Positions 31,081 through 40,881 of a stretch of DNA of 64,000 nt are shown here, in pieces. Below the pieces are notes generated by a model that worked only from the letters and a program-made list of their open reading frames with translations, did no database searches and was not told the origin of the DNA. The stretch is from Thermoplasmatota archaeon. Lineage in GTDB: Archaea; Thermoplasmatota; E2; DHVEG-1. The DNA is taken from contig JAWOGM010000054.1 of NCBI GenBank assembly GCA_046496795.1, positions 558 to 64,557 on the forward strand, read 5' to 3'. Every line of letters begins with the position of its first letter. Position 1 is the first letter of the stretch. The position numbers and the translations under genes were made by a program.

Positions 31081-32702
31081 AAAAACCGATCTTTCATATA
31101 ACTCATAGCGCTTTTAAAACCATTCTGACAATACTGATGATCGCACGTTTTTTCAATCTTACCACTCAGAGGAAGACCTGCGAGATGCATCATAGGAATT
31201 GTTGCCTTTTTACCATGCTTCCATCGGGCATAAAACCAATGGGAAAAGAAAAAAACGGGGCTATAAATCCAGCGTAAATCAGGAGTCCAAAAATCAATAT
31301 TATTTTTCCAGCAACGAGCAAGAACCTCCCATTGCAACTCGCTAAGATTAGAAAGATTTGTTCTACTGCAGTTTCCTAAAAGTGCGTCTTTTAAAGGAAT
31401 GAATAAAACAGGAGTGTAAAACATTCTAGCGTTATGTGCTTTTAAATCATCAATAAGATTTAATGTAGCAAGAACATCCTCTTCAGTTTCTTGGGGTTGA
31501 CCAGTCATAATCGTACACAGCGGCCACCAATCATGATCATTCATCAATCCCAGGCCTTGAATCACAAGCTCAGGCCAGTTATCAACACTAAAAGGAAGGG
31601 CTTTTCCTTTCATGTATTTTTTCATAAGCCTAACGCTTCCTGATTCAATACCTACTTCAACAGAGATAAACGGTTGTTTATGTTTCTTACTTTTTTGAGG
31701 ATTCCAGCGTGTTTTTTCAATAAGAATTGGCGTTAACTCTTCTAAGATTTTTTCATCATAGATAATTGGTGCAAATGAAGCATGCGACAATAAAATATAT
31801 TCAACACCAGGATACGATGCAATTGTTTTATACAGTTTCACAATTTCTTCTCTATTAGGGATAAAACCCGGATGAGATTTATAAAGAAAGATATCTTCAG
31901 TTACCGTAAATATCGAATTTTGTCCTTCTTTGATGTTTACCTCGACTTCTTTCATAATATGATCAAGAGGAAAAGAATATTTTTGTTTCATGGTTGGGCT
32001 GCAGAAATGACATCCTCGTCCACAACCGCGCATGGTTTCAACCATTCCATAGCAGGCAGCATGTTTGATACAAGGAGTTGTTTCATTGTTTTGTTTTTTT
32101 GATTCAATGATAGTTGGAAGAGGCGTATTATTAAGGGCTTTGGTAAATACTTCAATGATTTCTTGTTGACCATCTCCATAAAACAACGAATCTATACCTA
32201 GTTGTTGCTGCATCTGAGCATCGTTTATCTGCCAAGAACCTTGTCCACCCACAATTATTTTTGGTTTATACTGTTGAATTGAGGGATGATTGAGCATTTT
32301 TTTAAATTCTGCCGCGTTTAATGCTTCGCCACCAAATCCAATTAATGAATTATAGGTTGTTGAAACATAAGCAAGACCCATAGGATCCATCGTAGAGATA
32401 CCCACAGCTTTTGTGTTTTTTCCGATAAATTTATCAAGATTATCATAATGAGAAACAACAACAGTATCTTCACCAAAAGCATCAGTCAGTATTGATTCTA
32501 TTTTTCGTAGTCCATAGATAGTGTTTTTTGCTGTGCCGTCCTTGTTAGATTTTAAGTTGTTGAGATGTTCTTTTAACACATAGCCTGAAAGTTTTTGTGG
32601 AAAGGTACAAATAAATGCTGAAAAAGGATTATTATCGTATTCATTGGCCTCTGCTCTGGAGGCAGTAAGAACAATAGGATACCCACCTTCTTTTGTATTC
32701 AT
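31077..32702 (-). CDS. Archaeal B12-binding-domain radical SAM protein
   Basis: YGLRKIES, STMDPMG, RGCGRGCHFC, GIESGS. Confidence 0.85.
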   Translation of the reverse strand: MNTKEGGYPIVLTASRAEANEYDNNPFSAFICTFPQKLSGYVLKEHLNNLKSNKDGTAKNTIYGLRKIESILTDAFGEDTVVVSHYDNLDKFIGKNTKAVGISTMDPMGLAYVSTTYNSLIGFGGEALNAAEFKKMLNHPSIQQYKPKIIVGGQGSWQINDAQMQQQLGIDSLFYGDGQQEIIEVFTKALNNTPLPTIIESKKQNNETTPCIKHAACYGMVETMRGCGRGCHFCSPTMKQKYSFPLDHIMKEVEVNIKEGQNSIFTVTEDIFLYKSHPGFIPNREEIVKLYKTIASYPGVEYILLSHASFAPIIYDEKILEELTPILIEKTRWNPQKSKKHKQPFISVEVGIESGSVRLMKKYMKGKALPFSVDNWPELVIQGLGLMNDHDWWPLCTIMTGQPQETEEDVLATLNLIDDLKAHNARMFYTPVLFIPLKDALLGNCSRTNLSNLSELQWEVLARCWKNNIDFWTPDLRWIYSPVFFFSHWFYARWKHGKKATIPMMHLAGLPLSGKIEKTCDHQYCQNGFKSAMSYMKDRFF

Positions 32703-32717
32703 CGTTTAATCTCTCCT

Positions 32718-33038
32718 TTAATATGATTGAATTATTTTTTTAAACACAGGGTCTTTTATTGTTTTTTGTATTTCTATAAGAAACTCTTTCCAGGATATGG
32801 TATTCCAGGACCATTGTATCATTTCTTTTTTATGTAGTGATAGTATTTTTAGAAAACTTTGCCAGGAATACCCCATTTCCTTTAAGGGTGTTGACCATCC
32901 TGCTTCTTTCCAAAGATAACTAGGTAGTCGATTGCCAAACCATAGGATGATGCCATCTATATCCCAACTTTTATCTGTTTTTTGTTGGTTTGTTTGTTTT
33001 TTAAGCAGTAATGGTTCTGGTGGTATGCTTAGATTCAT
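32718..33038 (-). CDS. Hypothetical Trp-rich protein
   Basis: ORF with an RBS-like upstream sequence, co-oriented with the radical SAM gene. Confidence 0.65.
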   Translation of the reverse strand: MNLSIPPEPLLLKKQTNQQKTDKSWDIDGIILWFGNRLPSYLWKEAGWSTPLKEMGYSWQSFLKILSLHKKEMIQWSWNTISWKEFLIEIQKTIKDPVFKKIIQSY

Positions 33039-33249
33039 TATTTAACCCCTTAGTACTATGTAGTTGGTATATGGTATTGAAAACTAGTTTTTATGTTTTT
33101 ATAAAAAAAATGAAGCACAATACTAATTACTTGTTTTACTCTACCACGGAATCAATAAGAGAGTTGTATGTTAGATTAATAACTAATATGTAACAGTGAA
33201 TTTTTTGTGCAATAGCAAGTATATGTACAAAGCCATTATTGTAGAAAAC

Positions 33250-33300
33250 TATATAAAAAGAATTTTCTATATACGTATTAATACGTGTTAAAACGTATTT
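33250..33300 (+). promoter_or_regulatory. TATA box followed by three 10-bp-period repeats (candidate operator)
   Basis: TATATAA at 33250; ATACGTATTA/ATACGTGTTA/AAACGTATTT at 33271-33300, containing the perfect palindrome ACGTATTAATACGT (33273-33286). Confidence 0.55.
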
Positions 33301-33312
33301 GGATGTGAATAT

Positions 33313-33552
33313 ATGAAAAAAGGAATAACCATAGGATTTTCAATGCTGATACTTGCTATAATCCTCTGGATAGCATATGGATTATACATCGGCTTTGAAG
33401 AAATATTACAAGCCCTTGATATCATCACAGGACTCTTAACAGGATTGGTAGTGGTAGGAATTATTATATTATTTCTGTCAATCATTTTCGAACAACGTGA
33501 TGATACAAAAAAAATGAAACAAAAAATAAACAAGGAGGATTTAGAACCATGA
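33313..33552 (+). CDS. Small 2-TM membrane protein
   Basis: Two hydrophobic helices; ATGA overlap with the next gene. Confidence 0.75.
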   Translation: MKKGITIGFSMLILAIILWIAYGLYIGFEEILQALDIITGLLTGLVVVGIIILFLSIIFEQRDDTKKMKQKINKEDLEP

Positions 33553-33863
33553 TACTAACAACAACCGACTTTATAACAGGGAAAGAAATCAAAGAAATAT
33601 TAGGCCTTGTCAGAGGAAACACCATACAGGCAAAAAGCATTGGCAAAGATTTCAAAGCAGGACTACGCCACATTGCCGGTGGAGAAATAAAAGAATATAC
33701 AAGTATGCTTGCAGAATCACGAGAAATCGCCTTAAAAAGAATGGAAGAAAAAGCACAGAAAATCAATGCAGATGCCGTCATCAACATACGATTTATGACC
33801 TCATCAATTATGGGTGGAGCAGCAGAAATACTTGCCTATGGAACAGCAGTAAAACTAAAGTGA
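33549..33863 (+). CDS. YbjQ/UPF0145 heavy-metal-binding-like protein
   Basis: GGEIKEYT, ADAVINIRF, AAEILAYGTAV. Confidence 0.92.
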   Translation: MILTTTDFITGKEIKEILGLVRGNTIQAKSIGKDFKAGLRHIAGGEIKEYTSMLAESREIALKRMEEKAQKINADAVINIRFMTSSIMGGAAEILAYGTAVKLK

Positions 33864-33967
33864 ACCAATGAACATTAAAAACTATTCCTTCATCATTTTT
33901 TTGGGGATTGCTTCCCCTTATTTTTGGAGTGGCATCTCTATTGAATATTGAATAAAGGTGAGTTAAC

Positions 33968-35053
33968 ATGAAAATCGAAAAAAAATTACGCTGCCCAAAT
34001 TGTAAAAAAGTATCCAAATTCTTAGGTAATCCTGGAGAGATACTAGAAATTACGTGCCCACATTGCAGCACAAAAGGAAAAATAGCGCTTGAAGACCCTC
34101 TGCTATCAACAAAAAATACTATAATTTCCGTAAAAAACATCTCAAAAAAATACAAAGATGTCCTAGCCGTACATAATGTTTCTTTTACTATAAACAAAGG
34201 AGAGATCTTTGGCTATATTGGACCAAATGGAGCGGGAAAGACCACGACTATAAAAATGATGATAGGGCTATTACATCAAACAAGCGGAGAGATATCTATC
34301 AATGGATTACAGATGCCAAAACAAAAAGAACAAGCACATCGGTTTATTGGCTATATGCCACAGTATGCAGGATTTCAACAGTGGCGAACAGTAAACCAGG
34401 CTCTCTTGACATTTGGGAAGTTATCAGGTGTGGAAAATAATGTGCTTCAACAACGCATTGATGAAGCGTTACATCTACTAGGTCTTATGAAATATAAAAA
34501 CAAAAAAATCTCAAAATTATCTGGAGGGACAATTCAAAAAGTTGGAATTGCTCAAGCATTACTTCACAATCCAAGTCTTTTAATTCTAGACGAACCCTTA
34601 AGTGGTCTTGATCCAGATAGTAGGTATCAAGTGAAAAAGATACTAAAACAATTAAGTAATAATGGAACAACAGTCTTTTTTTCCTCCCATATTTTGTCAG
34701 ATTTACAAGACATAGCATCAAAAATCTGTATTATTGATTGGGGGAAAATGATAAAAATCGGATCGTTAAACGATTTAAAAGTAGAATTTTCAAAGGAGAA
34801 TCAAATAGAAATTATATTTTCAAAAAAAACTGATGAATACAAGAACATACAAAAAATCACTGCAGTCAAAGAAATCATAGAAATTTCAAATGAAAGATAT
34901 ATCATACAACTTGACAAAAATGCAGATTCAGATGCCGTTACTAATGAAATAATTACAATGCTTATGGAAAATAACTGTATGATTAGAAGTATAACACCAG
35001 TAAGTCCTTCACTAGATGAAATGTATCAATATTATCTGAGAAAAGGAGGGTAA
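33968..35053 (+). CDS. ABC-2 transporter ATPase with N-terminal Zn ribbon
   Basis: CPNC...CPHC, then GPNGAGKTT, LSGG, LDEP. Confidence 0.9.
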   Translation: MKIEKKLRCPNCKKVSKFLGNPGEILEITCPHCSTKGKIALEDPLLSTKNTIISVKNISKKYKDVLAVHNVSFTINKGEIFGYIGPNGAGKTTTIKMMIGLLHQTSGEISINGLQMPKQKEQAHRFIGYMPQYAGFQQWRTVNQALLTFGKLSGVENNVLQQRIDEALHLLGLMKYKNKKISKLSGGTIQKVGIAQALLHNPSLLILDEPLSGLDPDSRYQVKKILKQLSNNGTTVFFSSHILSDLQDIASKICIIDWGKMIKIGSLNDLKVEFSKENQIEIIFSKKTDEYKNIQKITAVKEIIEISNERYIIQLDKNADSDAVTNEIITMLMENNCMIRSITPVSPSLDEMYQYYLRKGG

Positions 35054-35057
35054 ATCA

Positions 35058-35717
35058 ATGAGTTTTTCGTTAATATTAAAAGATGAGTTCAAAGGGTTTT
35101 ACAAATCAAAAGTTATGATATTTTTATGGACTGGACTACCACTATTAGCAGTCATCCTTCATCTATTTATAACTGATGATTCCATCCCAATGTCTACCAT
35201 CACCGCAATAGTTGTATCAAACATTGGTGGATTACTCGCTGCGGTAATGATAACAGTAAACATTATTAATGAAAAAGATACCAGAGTTTTTGACTTATTT
35301 TTAATAAGACCACTGAAACGCTGGCATCTCCTGCTCTCAAAATTTTTAGCGGTTTTTATCTGCGTATCAATAGCAGGTCTTCTCGCAGTAAGCGTTGGCA
35401 TAGGAGTTGATTTTTTTCAATCAGCCCTACCCTTTGAACAAATTCTTCGAAATGTCATTGATCCGTTCATCATGACCTTATCAATCATTGCAATATCTAG
35501 TGCTACAGGCATACTCTTTGGCGTGATAGCTCCATCAATTCTCGTTGGAGTAATACTAGTGATATTTATAGGAAATTACATATCCTCTATACCTTCAATT
35601 ATCCCTCTTGTACTTGAAATAAATAATCCTGTTAATTATGTGTTAGCAGTAGGACTACTCTGTACCATTGTTTTATTAGGTTTAGGAGTCTATTTATTTA
35701 ACAAAAAGGAGTTTTAA
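35058..35717 (+). CDS. ABC-2 transporter permease
   Basis: 6 TM helices, EKDTRVFDLFLIRP, LLSKF. Confidence 0.85.
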   Translation: MSFSLILKDEFKGFYKSKVMIFLWTGLPLLAVILHLFITDDSIPMSTITAIVVSNIGGLLAAVMITVNIINEKDTRVFDLFLIRPLKRWHLLLSKFLAVFICVSIAGLLAVSVGIGVDFFQSALPFEQILRNVIDPFIMTLSIIAISSATGILFGVIAPSILVGVILVIFIGNYISSIPSIIPLVLEINNPVNYVLAVGLLCTIVLLGLGVYLFNKKEF

Positions 35718-35932
35718 TGAAAAAAGTAACCATAACATTGAGTAATGAGACGTGGAAATGGTGGAAAAACAACCCATGGATAAATCTCTCACAACTCACC
35801 GAACGAGAACTTAATAGAATACAAGCCTTAGAAGAACGAGTCCATGGAATATGTCCCACTTGTGGAAATGCAAAACTTCGCTTTAATGGAAAAATATATC
35901 GATGCTCAAAATGTGGATATGAATATAAATAA
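35717..35932 (+). CDS. CcdA/RHH-like DNA-binding domain fused to a Zn ribbon
   Basis: KKVTITLS...INLSQLTE followed by CPTC...CSKC; TAATG-coupled to the permease. Confidence 0.6.
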   Translation: MKKVTITLSNETWKWWKNNPWINLSQLTERELNRIQALEERVHGICPTCGNAKLRFNGKIYRCSKCGYEYK

Positions 35933-36006
35933 AAAATAATCAACAATACCTTAAAAAATAAAAAAATTCAAAAATTAATAAAAGAAAACAGAAAAGAGGC
36001 ATACCT

Positions 36007-36321
36007 ATGATGGTAACAACAACAGAACAAATCCCTGGTAGAGATGTAAAAGAAGTATTAGGAGTCGTCTTTGGAAGTTGCGTACAAATGAAACATATCG
36101 GAAAAGACATACGAGCAGCAGGAAGAACACTCATTGGAGGAGAAGCTAAAGGATATACAGAACTCATGGAAGAATCACGCAGAACAGCAATGCAACGGAT
36201 GATAGATGATGCTAAAAAACTTGGTGCTGACGCTGTCATTGGTATGAGATATGCAACAGCACAAACCATGCATGGTGCCGCAGAGCTCATCGCATTTGGA
36301 ACAGCAGTGAAAACACACTAA
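36007..36321 (+). CDS. YbjQ/UPF0145 protein (second copy)
   Basis: GGEAKGYT, GADAVIGMRY, AAELIAFGTAV. Confidence 0.92.
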   Translation: MMVTTTEQIPGRDVKEVLGVVFGSCVQMKHIGKDIRAAGRTLIGGEAKGYTELMEESRRTAMQRMIDDAKKLGADAVIGMRYATAQTMHGAAELIAFGTAVKTH

Positions 36322-36336
36322 ACAAAAGGTGTAAGC

Positions 36337-37047
36337 ATGCCAGTTGTTGAAGTAAAAAATCTTTTAAAAACATTTGGATCAACACAAGCAGTCAACAAAA
36401 TCTCATTTACCGTTAACAAAGGAGAAATCTTTGGCCTTATTGGACCAAACGGTGCCGGAAAAACAACAGCCTTACGAATCATTTCAACCCTTCTTCAAAT
36501 AACTTCAGGGGACGTAACTATTTTAGGATATGACGCGAAAAAAAAACCAGACCAAATCCGAAAAGTTATTAGCTACCTACCCGAGGATGCAGGAGCATAT
36601 AAAAATTTAACAGGAAGAACATATCTGCGGTTCATCGCCTGTTTTTTTGAAAAAAAACCAGAAGACATAATATCTAGAGGAATAACCATTGCAGATCTTG
36701 GCGACAGAATTGATGATAAAGTAGACACCTACAGTAAAGGAATGAAACGGCGATTATTAGTAGCTAGAGCATTAATGATACAACCAAAACTAGCAATTCT
36801 AGATGAACCGACATCAGGATTGGATGTCATAAACGCCCAAGAAATACGAAAAATAATAAAAAATACCGCAAAAAGCGGGGCTGCTGTTCTTCTTTCCTCT
36901 CACAATATGCTTGAAGTAGAATTCCTCTGCGATAGAATTGCACTTATCGCACAGGGAAGAATCGTTGAAGAAGGAGCGCCAAATAAACTCTTAGACCGTT
37001 ACAATGCAAATAACATTGAAGAAGTGTTTGTGAAGGCGGTTTCATGA
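36337..37047 (+). CDS. ABC transporter ATPase (NatA-like)
   Basis: GPNGAGKTT, YSKGM, LDEPTSGLD. Confidence 0.9.
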   Translation: MPVVEVKNLLKTFGSTQAVNKISFTVNKGEIFGLIGPNGAGKTTALRIISTLLQITSGDVTILGYDAKKKPDQIRKVISYLPEDAGAYKNLTGRTYLRFIACFFEKKPEDIISRGITIADLGDRIDDKVDTYSKGMKRRLLVARALMIQPKLAILDEPTSGLDVINAQEIRKIIKNTAKSGAAVLLSSHNMLEVEFLCDRIALIAQGRIVEEGAPNKLLDRYNANNIEEVFVKAVS

Positions 37048-38327
37048 GCGCACTTACAAATATTTTTAAAAAAGAATTAAAAGAACTTTTAACACCTGCA
37101 GCAATATTACCCATAGTAGTACTTGCTATATTATTTGGCTCAATTGGTAGTTCAATGGAAGGAATTCAATCGGGACTTGAAGAAAAACCAATAATAGGAG
37201 TCATCAATGAAGATAGTGGTAATTTTTCTAAATTAGCAAATTCAATAATAAATAATCACTCCAGAGTCATTTATAACTCAACTGATAGTGCTGATAAACA
37301 ACAAGCCCTTGAACAAATAACAGCTGAGCAGGGATTGGCCTTACTTATTATTCCGCAAAATTTCTCTAAAAATATTTACAATAATACTCAAGGCCAAATC
37401 GATATCTATTGGATAATGAGAGGAGCAGGAATTTTTGATACCATATCCTCAGAAACAGTGCAAGCAATTATTTCAATAATTAACAGAGAAATATCAAGAT
37501 ATCTCATTGATCAAAATACAACAATTAACGCAAGTATTGTGTTATCGCCCACCGTTAAAACCGATACAACCTACTTTAAAGACAGAGTAATTCATCTCCC
37601 TCCAACAACAATTTCAGGGATGCTCTCATCGCAATCACTTCTTATCCCAATTGTGATTATGATGATCATAATAATGGCAGGAAGCATGGTCATCTCATCA
37701 ATGGCCTTGGAAAAAGAGAATAAAACACTTGAAACACTATTGACCCTACCCATAAAACGAACAAGTATTGTAACTGGAAAAATTGCTGCAAGTGCATTAA
37801 TAGGACTGTTATTTGCAGTGGTTTATATGATTGGGATGAGTCGATACTTTCAAGGAATGCAATTTTCAGATTCAATAAATCTTGCAGATTTTAATTTAGC
37901 GTTAACTTCGTCAGATTTTTTGTTAATAGGAATATCTCTTTTTATCACCCTGATCGCAGCGTTATCTCTTTGTATGCTTCTTGGAACCATGGCTAAAAAT
38001 TACAAAAGCGCACAAACACTAACATTTCCCATCACCATGCTTGCAATGATTCCCATGTTTATTACTATGTTTACTGATTTTGACACCTTACCCCTGGCTT
38101 TAAAAACCGTTATTTATGCAATACCGTTTTCTCATCCCATGATTGCCCCAAAAGCATTAATATTTAATGATTATAGCCTTGTAATTAGCGGAATTATCTA
38201 CGTATCACTATTTGCTCTTGTAACTATTTTTATCGTTGTATGGTTGTTTAAAACAGATAGAATACTTACCGGCAGTACAAAAAAAAATTGGAAAAATATA
38301 TTTACAAAAAGAACAAAAGAAGAGTAA
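37044..38327 (+). CDS. ABC-2 permease (NatB-like)
   Basis: EKENKTLETLLTLP, extracellular loop, 6 TM helices. Confidence 0.88.
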   Translation: MSALTNIFKKELKELLTPAAILPIVVLAILFGSIGSSMEGIQSGLEEKPIIGVINEDSGNFSKLANSIINNHSRVIYNSTDSADKQQALEQITAEQGLALLIIPQNFSKNIYNNTQGQIDIYWIMRGAGIFDTISSETVQAIISIINREISRYLIDQNTTINASIVLSPTVKTDTTYFKDRVIHLPPTTISGMLSSQSLLIPIVIMMIIIMAGSMVISSMALEKENKTLETLLTLPIKRTSIVTGKIAASALIGLLFAVVYMIGMSRYFQGMQFSDSINLADFNLALTSSDFLLIGISLFITLIAALSLCMLLGTMAKNYKSAQTLTFPITMLAMIPMFITMFTDFDTLPLALKTVIYAIPFSHPMIAPKALIFNDYSLVISGIIYVSLFALVTIFIVVWLFKTDRILTGSTKKNWKNIFTKRTKEE

Positions 38328-38459
38328 TATACCAAAACAATAAAATAAATTATTTGATTATTACATAGAGGAACATATATATAATTTTCTATGGAAAAGT
38401 TTAAATAAAAATTCAACATAATGATATATATAAAAAAAAATTTAGGGAGGAAATAAAAC

Positions 38460-39587
38460 ATGAAAAATATGTTAGTGAAGAGTTTACTCATTGCAATTGT
38501 GCTCTTATTACTTGGAGTGAGTATTCTTCCAACTATCAACGCAACAATAAATGAGGCTAGTGCTATAAACAAACAACCCCAACCACAGCTATTAGATATA
38601 TTTTGGGAAGAAAACTTCGATTCCTACGATCTTGGCAGCTCAATGCATGAGCAAGGTGGCTGGAAAGGCTGGGATAATAACCCTGCATGGACTGCCTATG
38701 TCACTGATGAGCAATCTCGCAGTAACCCACATTCAGTTGATATTGAAGGTGATGCAGATATTGTCCGTGAATTTTCAGGATTAACATCTGGACAGTGGAA
38801 CCTTACAGCATGGGTCTACGTACCATCAGACCTATTTGGATTATCGTATTTTATTTTACTCAGCGACTATACCGATGGAGCAGGTCAAGCAAATGAGTGG
38901 GCAGTTCAAGTACGATTTGATCCAGATCAAGGAATAGTTGAAGCTGAACATGGTGGCCCAAGTCTGCCATTGATAACTGATCAATGGGTTGAACTAAGTG
39001 TTCTTATAGATCTTGATGTCGACTGGTTTGAATTCTACTATAATGGCGACCTATTGGAAGAAAAAGCTTGGACTGCAGGTCCAAACAACGCAGGAACAGG
39101 AAAGCTTAACATCGGCGCAATAGACCTATTTGCAAACTCTGCAACAAGTGTTTTTTACGACGATATAACCTTAGAAGGAGAAGCAACAGAACCTTCTCTC
39201 ACATGCGAAGGAAGCCTGAGCTGGACTGATGTGGAACCTGGTGCTACTGTTACAGGAACCTTTACCATTGCAAATATTGGAGCCCCCGGATCTGATCTTA
39301 ACTGGGAGATACAAAACTTTCCAACCTGGGGAACTTGGACATTCACACCAAACAGTGGAACAGGCTTAAAGCCAGAAGATGGAGAACTCACCATTGAAGT
39401 GGAAGTTGTCGCTCCAATTGATAAAAATGAAAATTTCACAGGATCAGTAAGAGTCGTCAATAGTGATAATACCAATAACTATTGTGATATTGATGTAGCG
39501 CTTGCAACACCAGTAAGTTATTACAGGCCGCTACTGCAACGATTTATCAGCAGACATCCCATATTAGCACAACTCCTTGGATTGTAA
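38460..39587 (+). CDS. Secreted protein: jelly-roll/ConA-like domain, Ig-like domain, RHP tail
   Basis: Signal peptide, EENFDSY...FYDDITL, LTCEGSLSW...LATP, RFISRHPILAQLLGL. Confidence 0.75.
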   Translation: MKNMLVKSLLIAIVLLLLGVSILPTINATINEASAINKQPQPQLLDIFWEENFDSYDLGSSMHEQGGWKGWDNNPAWTAYVTDEQSRSNPHSVDIEGDADIVREFSGLTSGQWNLTAWVYVPSDLFGLSYFILLSDYTDGAGQANEWAVQVRFDPDQGIVEAEHGGPSLPLITDQWVELSVLIDLDVDWFEFYYNGDLLEEKAWTAGPNNAGTGKLNIGAIDLFANSATSVFYDDITLEGEATEPSLTCEGSLSWTDVEPGATVTGTFTIANIGAPGSDLNWEIQNFPTWGTWTFTPNSGTGLKPEDGELTIEVEVVAPIDKNENFTGSVRVVNSDNTNNYCDIDVALATPVSYYRPLLQRFISRHPILAQLLGL

Positions 39588-39662
39588 ACAAATACAATCT
39601 CTCTCTTTTTTTTAATTTTTTCTGATAATTTAATTGATTAAAGAAAAGTAGATTACCAATTC

Positions 39663-39677
39663 TTACGGACGTGGCGG
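39663..39677. repeat. attL: copy of the tRNA-Arg 3' end
   Basis: TTACGGACGTGGCGG is identical to 48721-48735; GAACC follows 5 nt later in both copies. Confidence 0.85.
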
Positions 39678-39806
39678 CGTCTGAACCTATTTCCTCCTGT
39701 TAAAAAGTTCAATAATAACATAAAAATCGCACTTATAGATTTTTCAGCATCCCTCACTAAAATCTTTTTTCTTTCTTTTTTTGTCACATTTTTTTGAGGT
39801 GCTAAC

Positions 39807-40175
39807 ATGAAGCAGAAATCAATATACGATAACATGACTAAATCAGAAAAAATCGTTGCACAATTTTTGAAAGATCTTGGAATCTTTTGGTCATATGAAA
39901 AACCTATATATGTATGGGACAGAAATAAAAGACCGCGAGTTTGGACTCCCGATTTTTTCCTTAACCAGTTTAGTATCTATGTTGAGGTTTGCGGGTCAGA
40001 AGATTTTGATTATGAATATAGAAGAATAACGTACAAAGAGAATGGATATAATGTTATATTTTTACACCTGTATAAAGAGACAAATAGATGGAAAGAACAT
40101 TTTTTCCAGTATATTTCAAAAATATCAAATTATAGAAATGAGTGGTTAAACAGATTACGTATGAAATATTCATAA
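39807..40175 (+). CDS. Small PD-(D/E)xK nuclease-fold protein
   Basis: SEKIVAQFL...GIFWSYE...WTPDF...YVEVCG; GAGGTG RBS. Confidence 0.7.
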   Translation: MKQKSIYDNMTKSEKIVAQFLKDLGIFWSYEKPIYVWDRNKRPRVWTPDFFLNQFSIYVEVCGSEDFDYEYRRITYKENGYNVIFLHLYKETNRWKEHFFQYISKISNYRNEWLNRLRMKYS

Positions 40176-40700
40176 TCCGACTAGTTGTCTTAGTATCGGA
40201 AATACATTTGGAAACTGCTCTGAAATTAATAAAAGAAATTTATATATATTTATTTCAGTATTTTTCTGAATCTTTGTTGGAGTTATTAAGCTTAATTCAA
40301 AAATATGAAAATCTTCTGGATTATCACTATTAATAATTTTCACCTCTCCACCAAACTCTGTAAGATGTTCATATGGCGCATCGACCTCAACTACAACTGT
40401 CAATGTTTCATCCTCAGGTTTCAATCCAGTTCCATCATCAGGATCAAACCTCCATTCACCCCATTCAGGCCATGAATCTACTTCCCAATTAAGTTCAGAA
40501 TTCGGATCGCCGATGTTTTTCACAATAAAACTATCCTCGACTGTTGCACCAGGTATTACATCAACCCACCCTATCTCCCCATCGCAATCCAAATCAGGAA
40601 CAGGATCACCTATTATTTTATATGAATTACATAACGGCATAAAAACTAAAAACAACAATAATACTGCAACCATTAACGGAAATATTGATTTTCTAAGCAT
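40170..40700 (-). CDS. Small secreted single-Ig-domain protein with FP tail
   Basis: ATG 40700, signal peptide MLRKSIFPLMVAVLLLFLVF; domain homologous to the C-terminal domain of 38460..39587. Confidence 0.75.
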   Translation of the reverse strand: MLRKSIFPLMVAVLLLFLVFMPLCNSYKIIGDPVPDLDCDGEIGWVDVIPGATVEDSFIVKNIGDPNSELNWEVDSWPEWGEWRFDPDDGTGLKPEDETLTVVVEVDAPYEHLTEFGGEVKIINSDNPEDFHIFELSLITPTKIQKNTEINIYKFLLLISEQFPNVFPILRQLVGL

Positions 40701-40881
40701 GTTCTTATTTCCCCTTATACATAAAGAATATAGAAAATGGTATTTATAAATTTCGCAAATTTTGTAAACAATTATTACATGAAAGACAAAATATTGAAAA
40801 AAAATAATAAATATTATAAACATTATGATTATCTCACTACAAGTAACATTGAATATAATTCGTAGGACGAAGGGAGAAAAC

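Noticed and set aside
33868..33955. Short hydrophobic mini-ORFs between ybjQ and the ABC ATPase
   Set aside because: Under 30 codons with no clear RBS; may be a remnant or chance.
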